In this document: one piece after another, positions 37,963 to 46,484 of the stretch
Numbering within the stretch: the first letter of the stretch is position 1
Layout: every line of letters starts with the position of its first letter
Source: an uncultured Desulfarculus sp.
GTDB lineage: Bacteria; Desulfobacterota; Desulfarculia; Desulfarculales; Desulfarculaceae
DNA length: 64,000 nucleotides
Assembly: GCA_963665125.2 (NCBI GenBank)
Contig: CAXXUK010000001.1
Coordinates: 1,984,001-2,048,000 of the forward strand
Direction: 5' to 3'
The notes under the pieces: model-generated
Seen by the model: only the letters and a program-made list of their open reading frames with translations
What the model was told of the DNA's origin: nothing
Database searches by the model: none
Program-made: the position numbers and the translations under genes

Positions 37963-39053
37963 CGAACCTGTTCGGCGTTGCCGCCCGTAAAGCGGCGCAG
38001 GGCGCTTTGGCGCACTCCCCCCGGAGTGATGCCAAAGCGTTTTTTAAAGGCCCCGCAAAAGTGACCTTGGTTGGAATAACCCACAGCCAGGCATGCCTCG
38101 CACACGTTCATGCGGCCATCCTCCAAATGGCGCTTTGCTTGGTCCAGCCTGGCCCCCCGCAAAAAGTCAAAGGGGGTCAAACCGAAAACCTGGCGGAAAC
38201 CCCGTTTGAGCTTGAATTCATTTACCCCGGCCAGCCTGGCCAAACGGCTCAGGCTGGGAGGATCGCTCATGTTTCGCAGCAGGATCTCGCTGGCTAGGTG
38301 GATATTGCATTCATCTTCATGGGAAAGGGGAATGGCTTTGCAGAAGTTTTCCGTCTTAAGGCCGTGGAACTGGGCCAATATTTGGATACACAACTCCAGG
38401 GCCTTGCATTGCAGCAATAGCTCCAGCCTAGGGCCTTGGTTGATGATCTGGTCCAGCCCCCGGGCTGCCATCATGATGGCCGATGTGGCTGGCGCACCCA
38501 TGAAAAACGGCTCATCGGCCTGGGGCAGGTTGCCGCGCCCTGCCGCGCCGGAGAGTTGACGGCTCAGTTGTTCGTATTTCGCGACGCTCAGGCGCAGGCC
38601 CATAAGGCGGCATGGGCCCTTCATGGCCCGCCACCGGCCGTGGGCCAGTGGCAGAAACGAAGCCGTGCAGTTTGCCGGTGTCTGGATGACGCTATTGATC
38701 GCGGCGCGCTCCAATTCCACTTGGGTGCAGGATTGGCCCTGGAGGCAATAGGACAGGTTCACATGTTCGCCAGTGATCTCAAAGTCATAATCAGCGGTCT
38801 CGGGCAGATGAAAAAGGGCTGTATGCAGGCTGAGACCATCCAGGATCCTCAAGTGCATAACCTGGGGGGGCGTGTCCGGACCTGGCCTGGCGCCGATGCT
38901 CCTGGCGGTTGACTCCAGGCAGCCGAGTTCGCATTCCCTGAAGCACAGGCAGAGGCGTCCCTGAGGATCGATGAGCGAAAAATAACCGGCTGCATCGCGC
39001 GTGGGGCCGCCACTTGCGGTGGTGGGTTGCCGTGCGCCCTTTGGCAAAGGCAC
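37959..39053 (-). CDS. AraC-family regulator (PchR-like)
   Basis: QCKALEL, DPPSLSRLA, NEFKLKRGF, VGYSNQGHF; exact start uncertain. Confidence 0.9.
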   Translation of the reverse strand: MPLPKGARQPTTASGGPTRDAAGYFSLIDPQGRLCLCFRECELGCLESTARSIGARPGPDTPPQVMHLRILDGLSLHTALFHLPETADYDFEITGEHVNLSYCLQGQSCTQVELERAAINSVIQTPANCTASFLPLAHGRWRAMKGPCRLMGLRLSVAKYEQLSRQLSGAAGRGNLPQADEPFFMGAPATSAIMMAARGLDQIINQGPRLELLLQCKALELCIQILAQFHGLKTENFCKAIPLSHEDECNIHLASEILLRNMSDPPSLSRLARLAGVNEFKLKRGFRQVFGLTPFDFLRGARLDQAKRHLEDGRMNVCEACLAVGYSNQGHFCGAFKKRFGITPGGVRQSALRRFTGGNAEQVR

Positions 39054-39363
39054 TGTCCGTCCCTTTCATATTGATCAACATATCAATAAAATTTATATTG
39101 TCTAATTTTTTTTTACATTACAAATAATATATTGTCAATCAAAACAAGCTTGATCGATTGGCCATATATACGGGGCGGGATCAAACAATTGCCAGGCGCT
39201 TTCATCGGCAGCGGGAAACAGCTCCATGCATGCGGGCATGTGGTCCAATTCCAATACCGCCTTTAATACAGTTTGCCGCTATTTGACTAAATCTTTGAAA
39301 GTGGAAGAAATGAATACTTGATACCGCTTTTCAACAGCCATTGACGCCCCCCTTAATGTCGGC

Positions 39364-42300
39364 CTACTTCAACCCCCTGGCCCTCAGATCAAACCTGTGG
39401 GCGATCAGCACAAAGAAATCCTTGCCCAACCACCGCCGCCTGCCCTTGAGCTGGCTCTTTACCTCGCCCCAATATTTGTCAAACTCGTCCAGGCTGTTGA
39501 TATCCCGCAGGCGCGAGGCCACCTCGTCGAGCATGCTGCTGCGCAGGCGCTCGACATTGAACTCGAACAAGTCCCGCAGGCTCTGCTGACGATCCCGGCT
39601 CAGGGGCAGTTCCAGGCCCCTTTCCCTGGCCTTTTCATAGATCCGCACCAGGTTTTCCAGGTCGGTCTCGGAGGCCATCTCTTCCCGCACCTTTTCCAGC
39701 ATGTCGTGGCCCAAACGGCTCAGGGCCCCTTCAAAGGCGTCTTCCAGGCGCTGGGCATAATCCAAGTTGCCGTGGCTGGTCAGGCGCAGGGTGCGCAGTT
39801 CGTCGTGATACATCTGCTTGAGGGTCTCGGAATCCCGAGCCAGGCGCAGGGCCTCGACCATGCGTTCGATGCCCGCGGCCTCGGACAGGTGGATGTTGGC
39901 CACCCTGGACATCAGGTCAAGCTCCAGGCGGATGATCCCGGCCTGCTCCAGGCCCGAATCAAGGTCGATGTCCGGCCCTTCGAAGGCTGCGGGGTCCATG
40001 GCCGAAAAAACCTCGTTGACCATCTCGAAACGACGGCCCATGACCCGGGCCAATGGGATGAAGCTCACCGTCACCGGGCCGGGGCTGGCCTGCTGCAACC
40101 GCCGTCCGGCGGCCAAGCCCAACAGAAGCAGCCGGATCTGGTTGGTATAGGTCAGCCGTTCGGCGGCCCAGCGGAACCCCACCAGGCGCATGGGCAGCTC
40201 CGGGTCGGCTATGCCGCCCAGCAGGATGTCGCCGATCTGTTGGGGCAAGGAGCGCAGGCCCCGGAAAAGGCGCAGGCCTTCGTAGAGATCGCGCTCAAAA
40301 TGGGTGGGCCCCAGGGAGCGCAGGCCCTTGAGTCGGTATATATAGGCCACGGGCACCTGATGCCGCAGCATCTGCAAGTCCAGGGCGTCAATGAGTTGCA
40401 GCCCGCGAAGTTTGAGCAAACGGTCCAATCCGGCCAGGCGGCGGCCCCGCTTGATCCACTTTTCCCGGCCTTCTTCAGGCACCTTGCTGGTTTCCAGAAG
40501 CTGGCGCAGGCTGGCCGTGGGCACGGCTTGGTTTTGAACCTCGCGGTAATACTCAAAAGCCACGAGTTGCTTGGTAAAGTCCTCGATCTGATCCAGGTGC
40601 GCCTGCTTGGCGCTGACACCCTTTTTGCCCAGATTGTGCACCAGATCATGAAGCTTGTTGAAACTGTGCATCAGGTCTTCGGTGAGCAGCCCTTCCCTGA
40701 TGCTGGCGGTGCGCACTACGGACAAAAGGAACAAGGCCTCGACCAGTAGGGGGTCGTCACGCTTGAGCACCTGATCCAGGGCGCTTATGCAGGCCTCGCC
40801 CATGATTGTCTGCCGGGGCACGTCAAGGTTGTCCAACAGAAACAGCAGGTCTTCGAAGGCCTGGGAGTTAAGCCCGACCCGTCCGGCCAGATCGCGCAAT
40901 TTTCGCGAATACCACTGCACGCCCAATTGGGCCTGGCGGAACATCAACACCGACAGCATCAACAGGCCGCTGAAATCAGGACGTTTTTCGACTATCTGCT
41001 TCATGGCCGCGGCCATTGCCTGAAACTGGGTCCGGCTTACGCCGATGACGCCGGCAGTTGCCGGACCGTACTCCTGACGTGCGAGTTCATGGCTGAGCTC
41101 CATATCCTGGAACCCTCCCAGGTCGCGGTGGTAAACGGCGCTGAGTTTCTGGGTGGCGCGCAAGCGGCCCGCGCCCATGGGGTCCTCCCCTCTGGTCGGC
41201 AGCAGGCGGCTGACCAGTTTGGGGCAGAAGTTGCTGAGCCTAGTAAAGTTGTCGGCAAACTGCTCAAGGTCGAAAAGCTGTTCCAGGCAGTAGTCTTCCA
41301 GCCTGCGCTGGGCCATTTCAAAACGTTTGCCCAAGGCTGTCAGAGACTTTGTCGGGTGCTGTTGGGCGTCCAGGAACCGGGCGGTGGCGTCGGCCCGCGC
41401 CTCCAGTTCGGCCAGGGTCTGGTCGGGCAGTTCGTTCAACGGCAGCGCCGCCGATTCTTTGAGCATTTGCTCCAAGGCTTCAAGCTCTTCGGTGACGTCG
41501 ACATACAGCGGCATCAGAGCGCCGCTGTTGCGCTCGAGCCGCAGATACAGGCCGGAGTTGCCGATATAGGCCTCGCCCTTTTCAGCCATCTCCCCCACCA
41601 GGCGGTGCAGATATTCGGGTGACAAGTCCTTGATATCCAGCCCTAGAAGGGCCTGCCTGATTTTATCAAGTCTTTCATCCAAGGCCTTTGCCGTGGAAGA
41701 CTTGAGCAGGGGGTTGAAGTTCAGCAGGCGTCTTTGGCTCACACCCACGCATATCCACAATAGGGTGAAACCGGCCGCCGTACCCAATCGGGGCAGGAGC
41801 CTGCCCGTGCCATGCAACTCGCTGTTTAAAAGCGCCCGGAAGAAATACGGCCGGGCCGTTGAATCGGCCGCATAATGTTTGCCCACGAAAAGCGCCACCC
41901 GGTTCAAAAGCTGTACCGCCGAGTCTATTTGCTGGAGTTTTTCCGGATTGAAGTCTGCCAGCACCTCCTTGAGCCTTGGTCCGGCCTTTTCCAGTTGTGG
42001 CCAGTCCTCCAAAAACTCAAACAGGTTGAAGATCTTCAGCATCTTGCGCGTGGCTTTGGCCTGGACGCCGCCAGCCCTGGTAATCTGGGTGTCCAGGACC
42101 ATATCCCAGTCCAACTCCGGGTTGGTGACAACGCGCACGGCCTGGTCGTAGAGGTTGAACAATTCGGCGACTTGCTGGTTGCTCAGGCCGTTTTTATTGG
42201 CCGCGACCGACTCGGCCACGGACATCAGACGGTAAAGCCTCAGTATGTCGATGGCCTCGTCGAGGTTTTGATAGCGGCTCAGATCGGTCAGGGGGCGCAT

Positions 42301-43956
42301 CGACCCTTCGGGCAGTTTGCCGAAGGTGACCCGGCTCATGGTCGAGTGGCCCAGGACGATCAGGTAGAGCTGATCCAGCAGGCCCTCTTCCAGGCCCATC
42401 AAGGCCAGCTTGCCCAGGTTTTCCAGCACCGGCGTGTGGTTGCCCAGGATGCCGCCGGTGTTGAGGCGCTGTTCCATACGGCGCAGCCGCGGGGCCATCT
42501 CCACCAGGCGCATGACATCCTTGAACTGCGTATGTTTGCCGATGTTCTCGAAGGGTTTGCGCAAGCGGCTCAGTTCCAGGCCGGGCAGGCCCTCCACGTC
42601 TCCCAGGCGCACATGGTCCAAAAAGTCCAGGACCTTATCGACATAGAAAAACGAGTCCTTGTAGTCGGCCAATAGTTCCCGGCGACAGCCGGCCAGATGC
42701 CGCCAAACGGCCTGGCTCTCCAGGCTTTCCAGGGTCAGGGGAGGTTGTCTGCGGCGGCCCTGCATGGCGATCAGGGTGTCGGGCAGATCGCCTTCAACCT
42801 CGTAATGGGATTCCCATTCGGATCTCTGGACATCGGGCAAGGTGGTGTTGAGGCGTTCGAGGTGGAAATATGTGCCGAACCAGCGTCGCCAACTGGCCAT
42901 GACCCGCTCCACCGATCCCCTGGGCAGGGGCAGGTCCTGGTATGGCATTTTGTCAATTTCAGGGACCTGTATGTCCTTGATGCTCTTGCCGCTGAGCAAA
43001 GATTCCATGGTCTCGTGATAAAGGCCCAAGCCGACGATAAAGGCCTCGAAATCGAATTTGTTTATGGACTGCGAAAGGCCGTCCACGCCGCTGTAATGCC
43101 TGCGTGTTCGGTAGACATGGCAGAACATCAAGAACCGCTTGAGGTCATCAATGTTTTTAAAGGTGACGTCAATGATTTCCCGCGTGCTCGACAGGGGGGC
43201 GTCACACAGACAAAGCACCTCTCCATCGGGCTCGAGCATTTCGCAAACCATGCCCGCGCAGAAATGGCCAAAGGCCTCCAGTTCCTCCCGGCCCTCCGGC
43301 CCGAAGCGGCCACGCCTGCTCATGTTTTCCAGGAATACTTCCCGGGGGTCGCCCAAGATCAACACAGCTCCGCAACGGCCCTTTTCCACTTTTATCTGAT
43401 CCAGATCCTGGGTCAGAACGAAGTCAATATAGGGCATGCGGGCCTGCAACTCGGGCATTAGCAGTTCGGCATCGTTTACGATGATCCCGGCCCGCAGGGT
43501 TTCGCGCAAAGACCGGGAAAGCAGATACTTAATAAAGTCTTCGACTTCATCGGTTATGGTCTGGATTTCCACCAAAAAATGGGCCACGAACTGCCGGGGA
43601 ATCAGATAATAAGGCAGGCCCTTGTCGGTGTAGCGAATCAGCAAACCCAGGCTTTTGAAGATGTCATTGAGGGGGCGGTAGTGCTCGGAGACATGACTGG
43701 GCTTGGTCATGTCCAGCGATTCGATAAGTTCCAGTTCATCGGGGCTGAGCAGGTTTTGCTCATAGATGCCCAGACCATAGGCATTACCGCCAAAGCGGTC
43801 TGGTAAAAACGGGGGGTGGTTTTCGGCCGCAATGGCGCCAATGGGCACATCTTCCGGATCAATCCCCCACTGGCGGTAATTGTCCGGCGAGATAAACCGG
43901 TAGAGGCCGGTGAACTTTTTTACTCCGGCCGGTAGGTTTTCGCCACCGTTCTGCAT
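39364..43956 (-). CDS. Large protein of unknown function (1530 aa)
   Basis: Long uninterrupted ORF with natural composition and AGGAAGG RBS; possibly two degenerate HD-like helical repeats. Confidence 0.85.
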   Translation of the reverse strand: MQNGGENLPAGVKKFTGLYRFISPDNYRQWGIDPEDVPIGAIAAENHPPFLPDRFGGNAYGLGIYEQNLLSPDELELIESLDMTKPSHVSEHYRPLNDIFKSLGLLIRYTDKGLPYYLIPRQFVAHFLVEIQTITDEVEDFIKYLLSRSLRETLRAGIIVNDAELLMPELQARMPYIDFVLTQDLDQIKVEKGRCGAVLILGDPREVFLENMSRRGRFGPEGREELEAFGHFCAGMVCEMLEPDGEVLCLCDAPLSSTREIIDVTFKNIDDLKRFLMFCHVYRTRRHYSGVDGLSQSINKFDFEAFIVGLGLYHETMESLLSGKSIKDIQVPEIDKMPYQDLPLPRGSVERVMASWRRWFGTYFHLERLNTTLPDVQRSEWESHYEVEGDLPDTLIAMQGRRRQPPLTLESLESQAVWRHLAGCRRELLADYKDSFFYVDKVLDFLDHVRLGDVEGLPGLELSRLRKPFENIGKHTQFKDVMRLVEMAPRLRRMEQRLNTGGILGNHTPVLENLGKLALMGLEEGLLDQLYLIVLGHSTMSRVTFGKLPEGSMRPLTDLSRYQNLDEAIDILRLYRLMSVAESVAANKNGLSNQQVAELFNLYDQAVRVVTNPELDWDMVLDTQITRAGGVQAKATRKMLKIFNLFEFLEDWPQLEKAGPRLKEVLADFNPEKLQQIDSAVQLLNRVALFVGKHYAADSTARPYFFRALLNSELHGTGRLLPRLGTAAGFTLLWICVGVSQRRLLNFNPLLKSSTAKALDERLDKIRQALLGLDIKDLSPEYLHRLVGEMAEKGEAYIGNSGLYLRLERNSGALMPLYVDVTEELEALEQMLKESAALPLNELPDQTLAELEARADATARFLDAQQHPTKSLTALGKRFEMAQRRLEDYCLEQLFDLEQFADNFTRLSNFCPKLVSRLLPTRGEDPMGAGRLRATQKLSAVYHRDLGGFQDMELSHELARQEYGPATAGVIGVSRTQFQAMAAAMKQIVEKRPDFSGLLMLSVLMFRQAQLGVQWYSRKLRDLAGRVGLNSQAFEDLLFLLDNLDVPRQTIMGEACISALDQVLKRDDPLLVEALFLLSVVRTASIREGLLTEDLMHSFNKLHDLVHNLGKKGVSAKQAHLDQIEDFTKQLVAFEYYREVQNQAVPTASLRQLLETSKVPEEGREKWIKRGRRLAGLDRLLKLRGLQLIDALDLQMLRHQVPVAYIYRLKGLRSLGPTHFERDLYEGLRLFRGLRSLPQQIGDILLGGIADPELPMRLVGFRWAAERLTYTNQIRLLLLGLAAGRRLQQASPGPVTVSFIPLARVMGRRFEMVNEVFSAMDPAAFEGPDIDLDSGLEQAGIIRLELDLMSRVANIHLSEAAGIERMVEALRLARDSETLKQMYHDELRTLRLTSHGNLDYAQRLEDAFEGALSRLGHDMLEKVREEMASETDLENLVRIYEKARERGLELPLSRDRQQSLRDLFEFNVERLRSSMLDEVASRLRDINSLDEFDKYWGEVKSQLKGRRRWLGKDFFVLIAHRFDLRARGLK

Positions 43957-44099
43957 GGCCTTCCTGACCCGTCTCCCTTGTAGATTGCTAGGGATGTTAG
44001 ACCGCTTGGCAGTTCATGTCAATGCGCCTTGACGCTGGACCGGGCCGGAATTAAGCTGAGCGGACATGTTTATGTAAATATACTGCTGGAGGCCCGACC

Positions 44100-45329
44100 A
44101 TGGATCAGGCGCAACAGATCATCGAAAAGGCGCAATCATTTAAAGCTCAGATTATCGAGGCCCAACGTGAATTGGTGGCCATTCCGGCCCTGGGGCCAGA
44201 CAACGGCGGAGACGGAGAAATGGCCAAGGCCCGGCTGGTCCAGTCCTGGCTGGAGGACCTGGGCCTGCAAATTCAACGGATCGACGCGCCCGATGACCGG
44301 GTGCCCGGCGGCCTGCGTCCCAACATCGCGGCGGTCCTGCCCGGCTCGGGCAACGGCCCCAGGGTCTGGGTGCTGAGCCACCTGGACGTGGTGCCGCCGG
44401 GAGAATTGAGCCTCTGGGGCGGCGATCCGTGGACCTTGCGGGTCGACGGCGACCGGCTCTACGGCCGGGGCGTCAATGACAACCATGCAGGGTTAGTGGC
44501 CTCGTATTTCGGCCTCAAGGCCATTGCTGAGCTTGGGATAACGCCGCCCGGCGACGTGGGCCTGTTGATGGTGGCCGACGAAGAAACCGGCTCGGCCTAT
44601 GGCCTGGACCATGTGGTGGACGCCCGTCCCGACCTGTTCAGCCCCGACGACATCATCGTGGTGCCCGACTCGGGCCGCGAAGACGGCAGCATGATCGAGG
44701 TGGCCGAAAAATCCATGCTCTGGCTCAAGGTGGTGGTCACCGGCAAACAGGTCCACGCCAGCGTGCCACAAAAAGGCAAGAACGCCCTGTACGCTGCGGC
44801 CCGGATGATGGTGGCCGTCCGTGAGGTCGCGGCCCGCTTCCCCGGCAATGACGAACTGTTCAGCCCGCCTTTTTCGACCATGGAACCAACCCGCAAGGAA
44901 GTCGGCGTGGAAAACATCAACACCGTGCCTGGCCGCGATGTGTTTTACGTCGACTGCCGGGTGCTGCCCCCGGTGCCCCTTGACGAGGTGATCGCCGCCT
45001 TTGGGGAGGTTTTCGGAGCAATCGCCAAAGAAGAAGGCGTCGGCGTGGAGATAAGCATCGTCCAAAAACTCCAGGCCCCGCCGGCCACCTCCGAGGATTC
45101 GCCGGTGGTCAAGGCCCTGCAAAAGTGCATCGGCAAGGTGTTGGGTGTGGAGGCCAAGCCCGCCGGCATAGGCGGCGGCACGGTTGCCGCGTTTTTCCGC
45201 AAAAAGGGCCTGCCCGCCGCTGTTTGGCAGACCGCCGAGGAAACGGCCCACATGCCCGACGAATGGACCAGCCTGAATGCCCTGGTCAAGGATTCGGCCA
45301 TCTTCGGCCTGCTCTACTCGGGGTTCTAA
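44100..45329 (+). CDS. M20-family metallohydrolase (DapE/ArgE-like)
   Basis: SHLDVVP, GRGVNDN, DEETGS, GKQVHAS, AHMPDE. Confidence 0.9.
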   Translation: MDQAQQIIEKAQSFKAQIIEAQRELVAIPALGPDNGGDGEMAKARLVQSWLEDLGLQIQRIDAPDDRVPGGLRPNIAAVLPGSGNGPRVWVLSHLDVVPPGELSLWGGDPWTLRVDGDRLYGRGVNDNHAGLVASYFGLKAIAELGITPPGDVGLLMVADEETGSAYGLDHVVDARPDLFSPDDIIVVPDSGREDGSMIEVAEKSMLWLKVVVTGKQVHASVPQKGKNALYAAARMMVAVREVAARFPGNDELFSPPFSTMEPTRKEVGVENINTVPGRDVFYVDCRVLPPVPLDEVIAAFGEVFGAIAKEEGVGVEISIVQKLQAPPATSEDSPVVKALQKCIGKVLGVEAKPAGIGGGTVAAFFRKKGLPAAVWQTAEETAHMPDEWTSLNALVKDSAIFGLLYSGF

Positions 45330-45338
45330 GCAGCCGAT

Positions 45339-46484
45339 ATGCGTATTCTGCACACAGCCGACTGGCATTTGGGCCGCATCCTGCACGGGATGCACCTGAC
45401 CGATGACCAAGCCCATGTGCTGGATCAGTTGTGCCGGGTGGCCGACGAGGAAAAGGCCGACGCGGTGCTCATCAGCGGCGATGTCTATGACCGGGCCGTA
45501 CCGCCTCCCGAAGCCGTGGAGCTTCTGGACGACGTGTTGGCCCGTCTGGTGCTGGACCTGGGCCTGGCGGTGATCATCATCGCGGGCAACCACGACAGCC
45601 CCCGCCGCCTGGGCTTCGGCTCGCGCCTGCTGGCCCATGGCGGCCTGCACGTGGTGGGGCCCTGCGAGGCCGAACCCCGGCCCATCGTTCTGCGCGACGA
45701 GCACGGGCCGGTGCATTTCCACGCCCTGGCCTATGCCGAACCGGCCGAGGTCCGCTCCGCCCTTGCCGACGAATCAATCAAAGACCATGACACGGCCATG
45801 GCCGCCCGGCTGGCAAATATCGACCTGGCCCCGCGCCCGGCCCGGAACGTGCTGTTGGCCCATGTCTTTGCCGCCGGGGGCGCGGAATCGGAATCCGAGC
45901 GCCCACTGAGCGTGGGCGGCAGCGGGACCGTGAGCCCGGCCAGGTTCAACGTTTTCGACTACGTGGCCCTGGGCCATCTGCACCGGCCCCAGACCGCCGG
46001 GTCCGAGGCCGTGCGCTATGCGGGCAGCCTGCTAAAGTATTCCTTTTCCGAGGCCGGTCACACCAAGGACGTAAGCATCGTTGACCTGGACGAAACCGGC
46101 CTGGCCGGGGTGCGGCATATCGCGCTCGCGCCCCGCCGGGACCTGCGGATCATCCGGGGAGAAATGGCCGCCCTGTTGGCCGCCGCGCCAGGCGATCCGG
46201 GCCGCGAGGACTACCTGGAAATCCATCTGGAGGACAAGCAGCCCATTGTCGACGCCATGGGCCGCCTGCGCCAGGCCTATCCCAATGCCCTGCACCTGCG
46301 GCGGGTGGCCCTGGAGGCCCAGGCGAGCCAGTTCAAGCCCGACGCCCGTCCCATGGACGAAGCCGAGATATTCGCGGCCTTTTTCGAGCAGGCCACCGGC
46401 GAGGCGGCCAACGGCGAACAGTTAAAGGTTTTTCGGGATGTTTTACAGAGCGTGCGCGACGCCCGCCGGGAGGCCGCCCGATGA
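45339..46484 (+). CDS. sbcD: Exonuclease SbcCD subunit D
   Basis: HTADWHLG, GDVYD, GNHDS, ALGHLH, YAGSLLKYSFSE. Confidence 0.97.
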   Translation: MRILHTADWHLGRILHGMHLTDDQAHVLDQLCRVADEEKADAVLISGDVYDRAVPPPEAVELLDDVLARLVLDLGLAVIIIAGNHDSPRRLGFGSRLLAHGGLHVVGPCEAEPRPIVLRDEHGPVHFHALAYAEPAEVRSALADESIKDHDTAMAARLANIDLAPRPARNVLLAHVFAAGGAESESERPLSVGGSGTVSPARFNVFDYVALGHLHRPQTAGSEAVRYAGSLLKYSFSEAGHTKDVSIVDLDETGLAGVRHIALAPRRDLRIIRGEMAALLAAAPGDPGREDYLEIHLEDKQPIVDAMGRLRQAYPNALHLRRVALEAQASQFKPDARPMDEAEIFAAFFEQATGEAANGEQLKVFRDVLQSVRDARREAAR

